Shown piece by piece: positions 28,799-38,486 of a DNA stretch of 64,000 nucleotides. The stretch spans positions 28,378 to 92,377 of the IMG/VR virus record IMGVR_UViG_3300023192_003818; one strand, given 5' to 3'. The notes beneath the pieces were generated by a model. It was not told where the DNA came from. It was given only the letters and a program-made list of their open reading frames with translations, and ran no database searches. How positions within the stretch are numbered: the first letter of the stretch is position 1; every line of letters begins with the position of its first letter. The DNA is from a virus. The position numbers were made by a program, and so were the translations under genes.

Positions 28799-29464
28799 TT
28801 ATTTATATTTAAATTTAAATCCTTTAGTAGTCTTTAATCTTCCCTTACAACACATAGTTATACTCGAATCATAACATCCTGTTTGTCTTGCTGCTTCTCT
28901 TACTCCAATAAATTCCTTTATAAATTCCATATTTTTATTATATTGAATTACCGGTTTTTTGTTAGGATTACTTTTAGAACGTTTCTCCCTAGTTTCGAGT
29001 GATACTTCTATTCCTATTCTATGTTTACCAAAATTTTCTTTATTTTTTTTAGGAACTCTTAATTTTTTCCTTTGTTGTTCGTTTAATGTTCTACCTTTTA
29101 AAGAGTTTGATATTTTTTCTTTCACTTCAGGGGGAGTTATATATCCCTTTTTATTAGTGTTACCTAACGTGGATTTATTTATTTTATTTTTTATCTTTTT
29201 TGTTACAAATTCCATTTCACCCTCACCTTTATTTATATTTTGAATATCAAAACCCCAAGTTGAAAATTGTTCTATCCAATACTTTTCTAACCGTACCCAA
29301 TCTTTTAATTTATTAGAATTAGATTCATCAATATAAGTATAAGATATTTGATTTCCAAATATTTTTTTATGAATCTTTTTCCTAGAACTAAAAGTTTTAC
29401 CTATATAAATTTTATTTTTATCTCCAAAACAATTTTCAACTAAATAAATTTTAATCTTTTCCAT
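28799..29464 (-). CDS. Free-standing GIY-YIG homing endonuclease with NUMOD3/NUMOD1 repeats
   Basis: IYLV...IYIGKT, LEKYWI, N; KEKISNSLKG and ETREKRSKS repeats; KPVIQY...EFIGVREAARQ...GFKFKY. Confidence 0.8.
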   Translation of the reverse strand: MEKIKIYLVENCFGDKNKIYIGKTFSSRKKIHKKIFGNQISYTYIDESNSNKLKDWVRLEKYWIEQFSTWGFDIQNINKGEGEMEFVTKKIKNKINKSTLGNTNKKGYITPPEVKEKISNSLKGRTLNEQQRKKLRVPKKNKENFGKHRIGIEVSLETREKRSKSNPNKKPVIQYNKNMEFIKEFIGVREAARQTGCYDSSITMCCKGRLKTTKGFKFKYK

Positions 29465-29528
29465 TATTTACACGTTTTATACCAATTATAAATATGAAAA
29501 AAAATATTTTAAAAGTTGGATTTTTATA

Positions 29529-29816
29529 CTATTTATTTATGTTTTCTTTAAGGGATTTTATGTTTTCTGTTTCTTGTATCAAAAAATTATTATATTCACT
29601 TTCTTCCATAATAATTATTTCATTCCAAGTGTGATCTCCTTCACCTTTTTGAATGGGCAGAGCACGTTTTTTTCCAACTAAGTTGTGAGTATCTGAGCAT
29701 TTTACACAAAAATTATAATTGTATTGAGTTTTCCTCAACTCAGGCATAGGATTTGTGCATTTCACACAATTTATCATTTTCATATTTATTTTTAGGGGAT
29801 TTAATATTACTTGCAT
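29529..29816 (-). CDS. Zinc-ribbon hypothetical protein
   Basis: CVKC...CVKC. Confidence 0.6.
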   Translation of the reverse strand: MQVILNPLKINMKMINCVKCTNPMPELRKTQYNYNFCVKCSDTHNLVGKKRALPIQKGEGDHTWNEIIIMEESEYNNFLIQETENIKSLKENINK

Positions 29817-29898
29817 AAATATAACTCTTTTGTATTAGACGTAAATATACCGAAAATATTTAAGGTATATACGTCTTTTATGTGAAATTTTTAATTAT

Positions 29899-30234
29899 TT
29901 AAAGAAATCCTAATTCTAACTTTGCTTCTTCACTCATAAATTTTTGACTCCAAGGAGGATCGAAAGTGATTTCGACTTTAGCACTCTTAACTTCATCAAT
30001 TAAACCTACTCTTTCTTCAACTTCCATTGGAAGTGTTTCAGCAACAGGACAATTTGGTGTAGTTAATGTCATAAGGATTTTTACATCAAGGTCTTCGTTT
30101 ACAAAAACATCATAGATTAATCCTAATTCGTAAATATCTACAGGAATTTCCGGATCCAATACTGTTTTTATTACACGAATAATTTTTTTATCCAGTGCCT
30201 TTCTATCTACTATTTTTGTTCCTTTAAGTTCCAT
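29899..30234 (-). CDS. sufT: Fe-S cluster assembly protein, SufT/DUF59 (MIP18) family
   Basis: DPEIPVDIYELGLIY, MTLTTPNCPVAE, TFDPPW...MSEEAKLELG. Confidence 0.85.
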   Translation of the reverse strand: MELKGTKIVDRKALDKKIIRVIKTVLDPEIPVDIYELGLIYDVFVNEDLDVKILMTLTTPNCPVAETLPMEVEERVGLIDEVKSAKVEITFDPPWSQKFMSEEAKLELGFL

Positions 30235-30242
30235 ACCCTTTA

Positions 30243-30539
30243 TTATCTATTTTCATATTGCCATAATACAGCATTACAATAATTATGTACTGCTCCTTCT
30301 GTCATTCCTGTATCATGGTTATGTTGTAAATGAATTTGAAAATTCATAAAATTTTTGGGGAACAATTTCCAATTAATGTTTTTATTGGTTATTTTATAAG
30401 GTGGGGGGTGTTTTAAATCCTCACCACAATAATAACACATTCTATTTTGTTCTTTTATATATTGTTCTCTAACTTCTCCACGTTGATAAAATTCTAATTT
30501 ATCATAATCAACAGGTAAATTGTATTTCTTTATTTTCAT
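30243..30539 (-). CDS. Endonuclease VII/HNH-like protein
   Basis: CYYC...HLQHNHDTG..EG.VH.YCN. Confidence 0.65.
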   Translation of the reverse strand: MKIKKYNLPVDYDKLEFYQRGEVREQYIKEQNRMCYYCGEDLKHPPPYKITNKNINWKLFPKNFMNFQIHLQHNHDTGMTEGAVHNYCNAVLWQYENR

Positions 30540-30579
30540 TTTATGTTGGGTATAATATACAAACCTCCTCCATCTTTTC

Positions 30580-30778
30580 CTAATAATTTTTATACCATTT
30601 TTTTATACCACAAATTGCACCAAATTTATCAAATTCTGGAATTCCCCCCCCATTTATTTATAAATTTTATGATATTATCTTGTTCAGCTTTGATTTGTCT
30701 TTTTGATGAGGTTTTCCTATCTTCAGATTCTTCTAGTCTATGACTTCCTCTAGCCGAGAAATGATATATTAAACTTGA
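30580..30778 (-). pseudogene. 3' relic of a GT2 glycosyltransferase paralogous to 30861..32462
   Basis: SSLIYHFSARGSHRLEE...KFINKWGG, then a +1 shift at a G8 run, then IPEFDKFGAICGI; matches KSLVYHFGARGSHRLEE...KFVNKWGGMPAFDK in the adjacent gene. Confidence 0.75.
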
Positions 30779-30860
30779 CCTGACCAGAATACTTTGAACG
30801 AGCTGTCACCTAATAAATTACTTTCATATGTAGCAGTCTCTTCATTATCACCTGGCATCA

Positions 30861-32462
30861 TTAAGAAATATTGCATCGTATTGGATTCCTTTTCGTTACT
30901 CGACCATCTATTATTCCCCACTTATCAATAAGCTTGCGTTGTGAGACTCGCTCCACTATTGTGTACTCTCCGACTCTAGATGTTTTACTACCAAAGTGGT
31001 AAACAGTTGCTGGGGATACTATATGTTTATATCCACCTAGTTTATAGCGTAAATGTATATCATCATCTTCACAGAATTTAACAAATGTGTCACCATCTAT
31101 ACCTATATAATCTCGCTTATATACTGCAAAGAATAATTGTGATCCTCCTTCAATAACTTGATCATTTAATTGATAAGCATTAAATTTATCTTCATCGAAA
31201 TCATCTAATCCATACCCACAATCTAATACGACCTTACCTGGATAAGTGTCAGTATATACAGGGGGTTCAATCCTAGTGTATGACAATACCGTCCCTGGAG
31301 ATATATCTCTACGTATCTTCTCTACAAACCCATCCTGGAGTACCATATCATTATGGAGAAGTACGATTATATCACCTGTAGCTTTAGCTACTGCATTATT
31401 GTAATTAGTGCCAAGTGTTACATCAGGATTACATTCTTCTATTACTTCAACTGAATCATCGTCACCATATAGTGTTTGGATGTTACCACAAAGGTAATCT
31501 GTATATTCTTGATTAGTACCATTCGTAGGAATAATAAGAGACACTTTTTCTATAACATTTTGTATTCCACATATCTGATGATACTTATCAAAGGCTGGCA
31601 TACCTCCCCATTTATTAACAAACTTCTGAGTGTTCGCTATTTCAGCTTTCGCTTGTCTAGTTGAACTCTGATTGTTATTTTCCTCTAATCTATGACTACC
31701 TCGTGCACCAAAATGATATACTAAGCTCTTTGATGATGTTACAAACTTAAATCCTTCACGAACCATTCTCCAAAACAAGTCATGGTCATCCCAACTCGTA
31801 GGAGCAAACTGAGGATCATTACCTCCAATGAAATCCCAATCACGCTTCTTAATCAAGCAACTTACTCCAAGTCCCCTCGTATACTCTATATCATTTTCCT
31901 CTTTGAACTTTTTTGCCCACTCTTCAAATATTTCTGATTGAAATGAGTCATGGTAAGCTCCAAATGAATCTTTAGGTACAACTATATTACCAGGCGTTGT
32001 TTCAGAAGATGGGAACATCTGTGGCTCTATTCTAAATGAATTCACCCATAAACGCTCGTCAGGGTACTTATCAAATACATTTAGTAAATCTCTATCCCAA
32101 TTTTCCGTAACATAAAAGTCTGAATGTAAGAACATAATATATTCAGTCGTGACTTTATCTGCACAGAAATTCATACCACCTCCTATACCTTTAGGTGTAT
32201 CATTCTTATCTGTATATACGTCTAGATTATATTTCTCTTTAACACTTTCTAACCACTCATCAGTTCCATCAGTACAATTCTCTGCATGTATAATGAATGG
32301 GGCGTCTTTATAAAATGAGTTTTTTCTAACAGAATCAACTGCTATTTTAAGGTATTCTAAATTGTTGTATGTTGAAATACAGAAAGTAAGGGGGCATTCT
32401 TTATAGTTATTAACATACATTTTAGAAGATACTACTTTTATTTTATTTCCTTTGGATTTCAT
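30861..32462 (-). CDS. Two-domain GT2 family glycosyltransferase
   Basis: Two GT-A domains (FCISTYNN...MFLHSDF...WDDHD; SLIIPT...LLHNDM...EDDD). Visibly higher GC than the flanks. Confidence 0.85.
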   Translation of the reverse strand: MKSKGNKIKVVSSKMYVNNYKECPLTFCISTYNNLEYLKIAVDSVRKNSFYKDAPFIIHAENCTDGTDEWLESVKEKYNLDVYTDKNDTPKGIGGGMNFCADKVTTEYIMFLHSDFYVTENWDRDLLNVFDKYPDERLWVNSFRIEPQMFPSSETTPGNIVVPKDSFGAYHDSFQSEIFEEWAKKFKEENDIEYTRGLGVSCLIKKRDWDFIGGNDPQFAPTSWDDHDLFWRMVREGFKFVTSSKSLVYHFGARGSHRLEENNNQSSTRQAKAEIANTQKFVNKWGGMPAFDKYHQICGIQNVIEKVSLIIPTNGTNQEYTDYLCGNIQTLYGDDDSVEVIEECNPDVTLGTNYNNAVAKATGDIIVLLHNDMVLQDGFVEKIRRDISPGTVLSYTRIEPPVYTDTYPGKVVLDCGYGLDDFDEDKFNAYQLNDQVIEGGSQLFFAVYKRDYIGIDGDTFVKFCEDDDIHLRYKLGGYKHIVSPATVYHFGSKTSRVGEYTIVERVSQRKLIDKWGIIDGRVTKRNPIRCNIS

Positions 32463-32770
32463 ATAACTGATTTGTCAAAATATTTATCAAACATGTCTAT
32501 AAAGAAATCTACATTAAATTTTACTTTTTTTTTAATTAAAAAGTTGTAATGTTTTTTGAATAAGAAGTGCATATGTTGTTTTTTGTCTCCAAATTCTAAA
32601 TGTTCTTCTCTTGTTAATACTATTAAATTTTCTAAAATATCTTCACCTCCATGATCTCTACTAACTATATGATGTAAGTCTGCTATATGTAAACCAGATA
32701 TTTCACTTTCTATATAATCGGTGTCTGTATAACCCATCCCTTTGATATATATTTTAGTATGTTTTTTCAT
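32459..32770 (-). CDS. HNH-like endonuclease domain protein
   Basis: DLHHIVSRDHGGED.LENLIVLTREEH. Confidence 0.65.
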   Translation of the reverse strand: MKKHTKIYIKGMGYTDTDYIESEISGLHIADLHHIVSRDHGGEDILENLIVLTREEHLEFGDKKQHMHFLFKKHYNFLIKKKVKFNVDFFIDMFDKYFDKSVI

Positions 32771-32849
32771 CTTTAAAATTAGGTTTGTCTAACAAATTTA
32801 ACTGCCCATTTTAAATAATTTAATGTATTATATGTAGAACAACAAAATG

Positions 32850-33590
32850 TTAACATTGATATCCAATCTCCATTATTTTATTATTTTCCCAATTAGCCCA
32901 TTTTTCATTATAAATTTCATAAGATTTTTGAACCTTATCCTTAAAATTATCTACGTCACCACCCACCTTATGATCAAAAGGTATAGATCTATGATCTCTA
33001 TTGACATATATCATATAATTTTTATACCCCACATCAAATACCTTATAACTAAAATCCTGACATTCCCTATCCCCAAAATATGATTCATCAAATATTCCAA
33101 CCTCATTAAAAATATCAGTTGACATAAACATAACCCCGTCCGTCCACAATAGTTCATCCATCTGATAATGAACATTATTTTTAACCGGTACACAATATTT
33201 TTCTCTATGTGAATGGGGCCTAACTCCTAAAACACCACATTTCAAATCTTCTGTATTATATATATCAATAAATTTTTGTATCCAGTCGTCATCTAAAATA
33301 AACATATCATCATGTATAAATACAAAATAATCCTCATCTGATATTGTATCTATAACTAGATTCAATGCTTTCGATATTCCATATTGAGAATTCGATACCA
33401 TTTTTATTACATTCTCATCACCAGTTTCCCAACTATTAAAATTCTCATCATCTGTGTTGGATATTAATACTATTTTATAATCCAAATTACTTTTCTCACA
33501 TTGATTATATAAATGTTGGACACATTCAAATACCAATTCAGGTCTAGTAAATAACGTCGGTATTGCAAATATAATCTTATTATTTTTCAT
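32850..33590 (-). CDS. GT2 family glycosyltransferase
   Basis: FAIPT, FVFIHDDM, GIFDESYF..RECQDFS. Confidence 0.8.
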   Translation of the reverse strand: MKNNKIIFAIPTLFTRPELVFECVQHLYNQCEKSNLDYKIVLISNTDDENFNSWETGDENVIKMVSNSQYGISKALNLVIDTISDEDYFVFIHDDMFILDDDWIQKFIDIYNTEDLKCGVLGVRPHSHREKYCVPVKNNVHYQMDELLWTDGVMFMSTDIFNEVGIFDESYFGDRECQDFSYKVFDVGYKNYMIYVNRDHRSIPFDHKVGGDVDNFKDKVQKSYEIYNEKWANWENNKIMEIGYQC

Positions 33591-33616
33591 ATTAATCTAC
33601 TAAGAACATATTTCTA

Positions 33617-34372
33617 TTATTTATAATTTTCATGTATAATCTCCCACGATTGTTTCATTATATCCAATCTTTCTTCTTTATTAAATCCATTGAAATGCCA
33701 TATATTTCCTATTTCTATAAATAAACCACCATCCAATATACCTTTACGATGTAAACCGGTCATATTATATATCTTAGGTAAATAATTTATCTCATATCCT
33801 AATTTTCTCACCATATAATTTAAAGGTGTCTGATCTGATCCTTTTCTCAAAATATTATATTGAAGATCTAATAAATGATCTCTATTATTATGATATAATT
33901 CTATCATACTACTAAATAATTTTTTATGTGATTTATTAATTACCAAAAATCCAGCATTTATATAATCCCACCAATCAAATTTTACATCAGGAAACATGTG
34001 TTGATAACCATTTTTACTGTTATATGTCCATTCAACAACTTCATTATCTTTAACCGCAGATAATTTATTATCCGTTAATTCAAAAAAATTAGGGGTGTCC
34101 CATTTAATCATTGTATCCAAATCAACCATAGCCACTTGATTATATTCTATATTTGAATTTTCCAATATATCAAATAAATAATATCTCTGCCAAGTAGCCG
34201 ACATTTCACTCGGATCTTCAATAGCATCTTCCAATAAAATTAAATCTATATTATTTTTATCACACCACCATTTCCATGTATTTAAGCAAAATTCTTTATA
34301 ATCCATATTATCCAAACCATCAGCAGTTTTTGCACCCGGAATTGATGTTATAAATACAATATCACTCATCAC
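33617..34372 (-). CDS. GT-A nucleotide-diphospho-sugar transferase (GT8/GT34-like)
   Basis: WQRY, MVDLDTMI (DxD), YINAGFLVIN, DQTPLNY, WHFNG. Confidence 0.75.
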   Translation of the reverse strand: MMSDIVFITSIPGAKTADGLDNMDYKEFCLNTWKWWCDKNNIDLILLEDAIEDPSEMSATWQRYYLFDILENSNIEYNQVAMVDLDTMIKWDTPNFFELTDNKLSAVKDNEVVEWTYNSKNGYQHMFPDVKFDWWDYINAGFLVINKSHKKLFSSMIELYHNNRDHLLDLQYNILRKGSDQTPLNYMVRKLGYEINYLPKIYNMTGLHRKGILDGGLFIEIGNIWHFNGFNKEERLDIMKQSWEIIHENYK

Positions 34373-35225
34373 TTATATCAAAATTATCTTCTATGTATTT
34401 CAATATTTTAGGCATTTGGTTATGCCATTGATTAACATCCCTACTTAAAAATCCACGCTCGCCCTCAAAACAATAATTACTGATTCTATATTGATTTGAA
34501 AATCTTTTAACCTTATCAGATAAATTATTACTTTTTATAAAATTTCCAAAATTTCCAGCTATATGATTCCAATCAGATATGGAATTATCCATACTCCAAC
34601 TTTTAAATGGTGTGTCGATTTCACCCTCTCTAGTCAGAGTAACATTTTTAATATCAAAACTACCACCCATTCTCGAAATTAATGATGTTTTAAATATAGC
34701 AAATGAACCTCTCAAATTTGAAATATTTTCCGGTACTATATCACCACCATTAGCTATGGTTAACCAATCATCCCAATCATATTGTAAAACACCAGATGTA
34801 AATAAATCATCTCTAAATATGAAATTATCATCATGGGTTGATAATATAGCATCATATTCTTCATAATTATTATCTTCCATCCATTGATTTATAAAATTAA
34901 AGTCTCCCATAATATTAGGCTTTTCTGTATATTTCCAACCTAATTCTTCTATTTCTTTAATTGTAATTGGCTTTTCATAAAGGTGATGATCCATAGTATT
35001 TAAAATATTATTTTCATCAGTGCAATATTCTAATAACAATTTTTTTTTCTCATCATAAACAACTTCTAAATTCGGATTTCTATGTGATACACAAAAATAA
35101 TCTATTTCCCAATTATTTGGTATTTGTTGTTTTATCATTTCTCGATAAAAATGATTTGGAAAATGCCAACCACCAGCTATTACAGCTATTTTTCTTTTTT
35201 CTTCATTTATTCTCACTCCTGACAT
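34362..35225 (-). CDS. Putative glycosyltransferase (GT-A-like)
   Basis: ILSTHDDNFI, LRGSF; within the GT cluster. Confidence 0.55.
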   Translation of the reverse strand: MSGVRINEEKRKIAVIAGGWHFPNHFYREMIKQQIPNNWEIDYFCVSHRNPNLEVVYDEKKKLLLEYCTDENNILNTMDHHLYEKPITIKEIEELGWKYTEKPNIMGDFNFINQWMEDNNYEEYDAILSTHDDNFIFRDDLFTSGVLQYDWDDWLTIANGGDIVPENISNLRGSFAIFKTSLISRMGGSFDIKNVTLTREGEIDTPFKSWSMDNSISDWNHIAGNFGNFIKSNNLSDKVKRFSNQYRISNYCFEGERGFLSRDVNQWHNQMPKILKYIEDNFDISDE

Positions 35226-35326
35226 TATCTATATTTTTAAAAATTTCATACCAGTGTAAACATAAATTTTCAGGTTTGTATCCTTCTGTAAATTTCTGCC
35301 TAAAATTATTATTAATTTTATATTTC

Positions 35327-35941
35327 TCATAATGTATCGTAATATTTATTTTGAAACTCTTGTTTCTCTATAGTCTTATGATGATATAAAGACCATTCTT
35401 CTATTTTAGGTAAATTAGAAAATGTTTTATAACCTTTTATTGTTTCATGTACATGGCCTTCCCAACGTAATTCAGGTATATTTCTTACAATTCTAGATTG
35501 TCTATCAGGATAATTAATCCATTTATTTTCATCTACTTTCCATCCCCACTTTTTTATATGTTCTTTTGTAATTCCCTTTACTGTATTAATTCTACTTATA
35601 TACAACAAATCAATATCAGAATTTTCTAAAACATAAGGAAGATTTTTAATTAAGAATTCATGAGGCATTTCATCTGCATCAAGGAATATCAAGAAATCCC
35701 CTACACAGTGTTCAAATAAATTATTTTTAAAATTAGCAAAATTATTCTTTAAACTCCCACAAAAGTGTTTAATTTTACCTTGATTATGAAGATTTTCAAG
35801 ATAAAAAAATACCTTCTCCTCTTCTCCATCTTGTTGAACTACAATTTCATCTTGTTCTCTTTTATGTTTTAGGAGGAAAGGGATTAATTTTTTTAATTCT
35901 TCTAATTCTGTGCAACAGGTTAGAGCATAAGAAATCTTCAT
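35327..35941 (-). CDS. GT2 family glycosyltransferase (beta-1,4-glucosyltransferase-like)
   Basis: ISYALTCC.E, LIFLDADE, YPDRQ.RI, W.G.VHETI.G. Confidence 0.8.
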   Translation of the reverse strand: MKISYALTCCTELEELKKLIPFLLKHKREQDEIVVQQDGEEEKVFFYLENLHNQGKIKHFCGSLKNNFANFKNNLFEHCVGDFLIFLDADEMPHEFLIKNLPYVLENSDIDLLYISRINTVKGITKEHIKKWGWKVDENKWINYPDRQSRIVRNIPELRWEGHVHETIKGYKTFSNLPKIEEWSLYHHKTIEKQEFQNKYYDTL

Positions 35942-36101
35942 AACTTATTTATTTATGTATGTGTGGATGTTGAAATTGAAGCCTTATAATTTTCATTATT
36001 TTCATATACATAAATGTACAAAAAAATATTGGGTATTCCAAGTTATGGTAATAAATTCACAAAACTTACTAAGATTTTATTCATAATTTTATTATTTATT
36101 A

Positions 36102-36560
36102 TTAAGGTAAAAGATCTATATAACTTAATGCATCCATAAAATCGTGTTCTTTAAAGTGCTTAAGAGTACTCATATCCATTCTTTTTGTATAATATTCACC
36201 TTTTTTACCAGGTATAGGATATTTTTCTTTTTCTTCATCTAAAACATCTATAACTTTTGTTGCCCCCCACCTCCAATTATCTCTTGAAGTCCCATCAGCA
36301 AATACCATACCTTTTTCAAAATTATTTATTGTTGTGGGTATCCAAATTTTACCATCTTCATCTTCATCCATTAAAGATTTATATAGTTCAGGCAGAATTT
36401 CAAATTGTTTTTCAAAAAATTCAGAATCTTTTACCATTAAAGTGTTTGTAAAAAACCCACAACCATAACAAAGGTAAGTTTTTAAATCTAAGGTAACTTC
36501 ATTTATATAACAACAATCTCCACCACATCTCCCACATTTTTCTAATTTATCTGTTTTCAT
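36102..36560 (-). CDS. Zinc-ribbon hypothetical protein
   Basis: CGRC...CYGC. Confidence 0.65.
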   Translation of the reverse strand: MKTDKLEKCGRCGGDCCYINEVTLDLKTYLCYGCGFFTNTLMVKDSEFFEKQFEILPELYKSLMDEDEDGKIWIPTTINNFEKGMVFADGTSRDNWRWGATKVIDVLDEEKEKYPIPGKKGEYYTKRMDMSTLKHFKEHDFMDALSYIDLLP

Positions 36561-37354
36561 ATTTTTTTAAGTTTAGGTAAAATTGGCAATTTTAATTTTG
36601 GTAAAGTTAATACAATTTTCTCTGGGAATTCAGGTATAATCTCTTCTAAAACTTGACCTAATAATTCCTTCATTTTCTCCCAACTAAAATTCTTTCTTGA
36701 ATGATATCCTTGCCTTTTACTTTTAATTTTATAATCTTTATAATTTTCAAAAACATCTTTTAAATAATGTCCCACATATTCTGGGTTAGGTTTGAACCAT
36801 TTTGCTTCTTTTATTAACCAATCATTAGTAGCACTCGCATGTATATTCTCCAATTCACCAGTAATCATTGAAGTAAATTTAGGGTTTAAGAAATCCTTAT
36901 GCCCTGACCAATCTGTAGCAATTATAGGTTTATTGGTTAAACTAAATTCTAATAAAGGTCTACAGTAACCCTCACCTTTAGTTAACATAACCATGGCTTT
37001 AATTTTAGAGTGATTATATAATTCATTCATTTCTATGTCTGTAAATTCACCCTCTAAAATATAAATATTGGGTAAATTTTTGGAATTAATTGTTTTTTTA
37101 ATTTTTTGAATTCTACTTAATATTTCATCTCTACTCGCATAAGAAGATGCCCCAACAGAACATTTTAATATAAGTGCGGGTTTAATTTTTTTATTTTTAA
37201 AAATTTCGTAAAAAGCTTTAACTAGTAACCCAACATTTTTTCTATCATGTCCTAACTTAGCATTTCCTATCCAGTGTCCTACAAAGAGATAAAGGAAATC
37301 TTCGGGGAGAGATTGTATATCAAAATACATTTTATTTTTTTTTACTTCACGCAT
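36557..37354 (-). CDS. GT-B (GT4-like) glycosyltransferase, C-terminal domain ORF
   Basis: YLFVGHW...RKNVG; KGEGYCRPLLEFS...PIIATDWSG. Confidence 0.8.
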   Translation of the reverse strand: MREVKKNKMYFDIQSLPEDFLYLFVGHWIGNAKLGHDRKNVGLLVKAFYEIFKNKKIKPALILKCSVGASSYASRDEILSRIQKIKKTINSKNLPNIYILEGEFTDIEMNELYNHSKIKAMVMLTKGEGYCRPLLEFSLTNKPIIATDWSGHKDFLNPKFTSMITGELENIHASATNDWLIKEAKWFKPNPEYVGHYLKDVFENYKDYKIKSKRQGYHSRKNFSWEKMKELLGQVLEEIIPEFPEKIVLTLPKLKLPILPKLKKI

Positions 37355-37400
37355 ATTTTAAATATTTAACTTAATTCTTATTTAACAATTTCAGAAAAAA

Positions 37401-37928
37401 TTAATCAACCCATTTAATTAGTTGATAAGTATCAAGATTTGCTCCTTCAAATATAACTTTAATAGGTTTTTCTAATTTTAGTTCACCCCTAATTTGATTT
37501 GAAATTTTATTATGTTGTCGATATTTGGAATTTTCAAATGTTTGTTTACTAAAATTAGAAGATACAAAATTATAATCCATTCTATTCATTCCTTGTAACC
37601 ATTCATGTTTACAAATAGTTGATTCAATACCAGCAGTACATCCTATATTAAATTTTCCCATGGGTTTAAATTCTGAGGGAATTGTAATTTGCATCCAAAT
37701 ATCAGGTTTTATTTTTTGGTGTTTGTGGAATAATAAATGATTTAAAAGAAATTTCCATTCATCATTTTCCTTACAAAATCCCCATGAAGTTGAACCCCAA
37801 GGTTGTGCTATTAACTTTACTTCATACTTATCTAATTCTATAATTGCTTTAATAATATCTCTACTACGAGCACCATACCCACTCATAGTATCGAAAGGAG
37901 AGGATATTACAAATAAAGGTTTTTTCAT
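37401..37928 (-). CDS. GT-B glycosyltransferase, N-terminal domain ORF
   Basis: VISSPFDTMSGYGARSRD, TAGIES, ends near the linker FEGANLDTY. Confidence 0.75.
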   Translation of the reverse strand: MKKPLFVISSPFDTMSGYGARSRDIIKAIIELDKYEVKLIAQPWGSTSWGFCKENDEWKFLLNHLLFHKHQKIKPDIWMQITIPSEFKPMGKFNIGCTAGIESTICKHEWLQGMNRMDYNFVSSNFSKQTFENSKYRQHNKISNQIRGELKLEKPIKVIFEGANLDTYQLIKWVD

Positions 37929-37946
37929 TTTTATTATTTATATTTA

Positions 37947-38249
37947 TTACTTTTTATCTATTTTTTTTATTAAATTATTCTCTGTGTGATTTATTTTGTT
38001 GTATTTATCTTGTTTTAAAGGACCAGCACCTCTGTTCATAATACCACCTCTATGAGACATACTATTAAATTTAAAATCAGTATATACTCCTGTTGCTTTG
38101 TAACTTAATGTATATATTTTATCATCTACTTTAAAATCAATGTCACCTCCAGTCTGTTCACATTGTTTTATATGTCTACCTTTTCTTTGTTTTTCTGTTA
38201 GGTAATTCTTTTTAATAAATGTTGCGTTTTCTTTAGTTATTTTGCTCAT
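37947..38249 (-). CDS. Hypothetical protein
   Basis: 100 aa ORF. Confidence 0.5.
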   Translation of the reverse strand: MSKITKENATFIKKNYLTEKQRKGRHIKQCEQTGGDIDFKVDDKIYTLSYKATGVYTDFKFNSMSHRGGIMNRGAGPLKQDKYNKINHTENNLIKKIDKK

Positions 38250-38264
38250 TTCTAAGTATTAATT

Positions 38265-38438
38265 TTAAAGTCCAAATAATGTCTTTACCCTGTTTTTAGT
38301 TGACATTTTCTCACTTTCATCTTTAACATGTTTAATAATTAAATTTTCCACCATTTTATTAATCTTTAACCCCTTATCATTACAATACTCTTTTAACATT
38401 GAATGAACTTCTTCTTTAATAATTAATGATTTTTTCAT
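38265..38438 (-). CDS. Small ribbon-helix-helix-like protein (57 aa)
   Basis: Hand-translated MKKSLIIKEEVHSMLKEYCNDKGLKINKMVENLI; ATATTTATA motif upstream. Confidence 0.55.
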   Translation of the reverse strand: MKKSLIIKEEVHSMLKEYCNDKGLKINKMVENLIIKHVKDESEKMSTKNRVKTLFGL

Positions 38439-38486
38439 TTTATTATAAATATAGGAAAGTATACAAAGATATACCTTCCTTTTATT

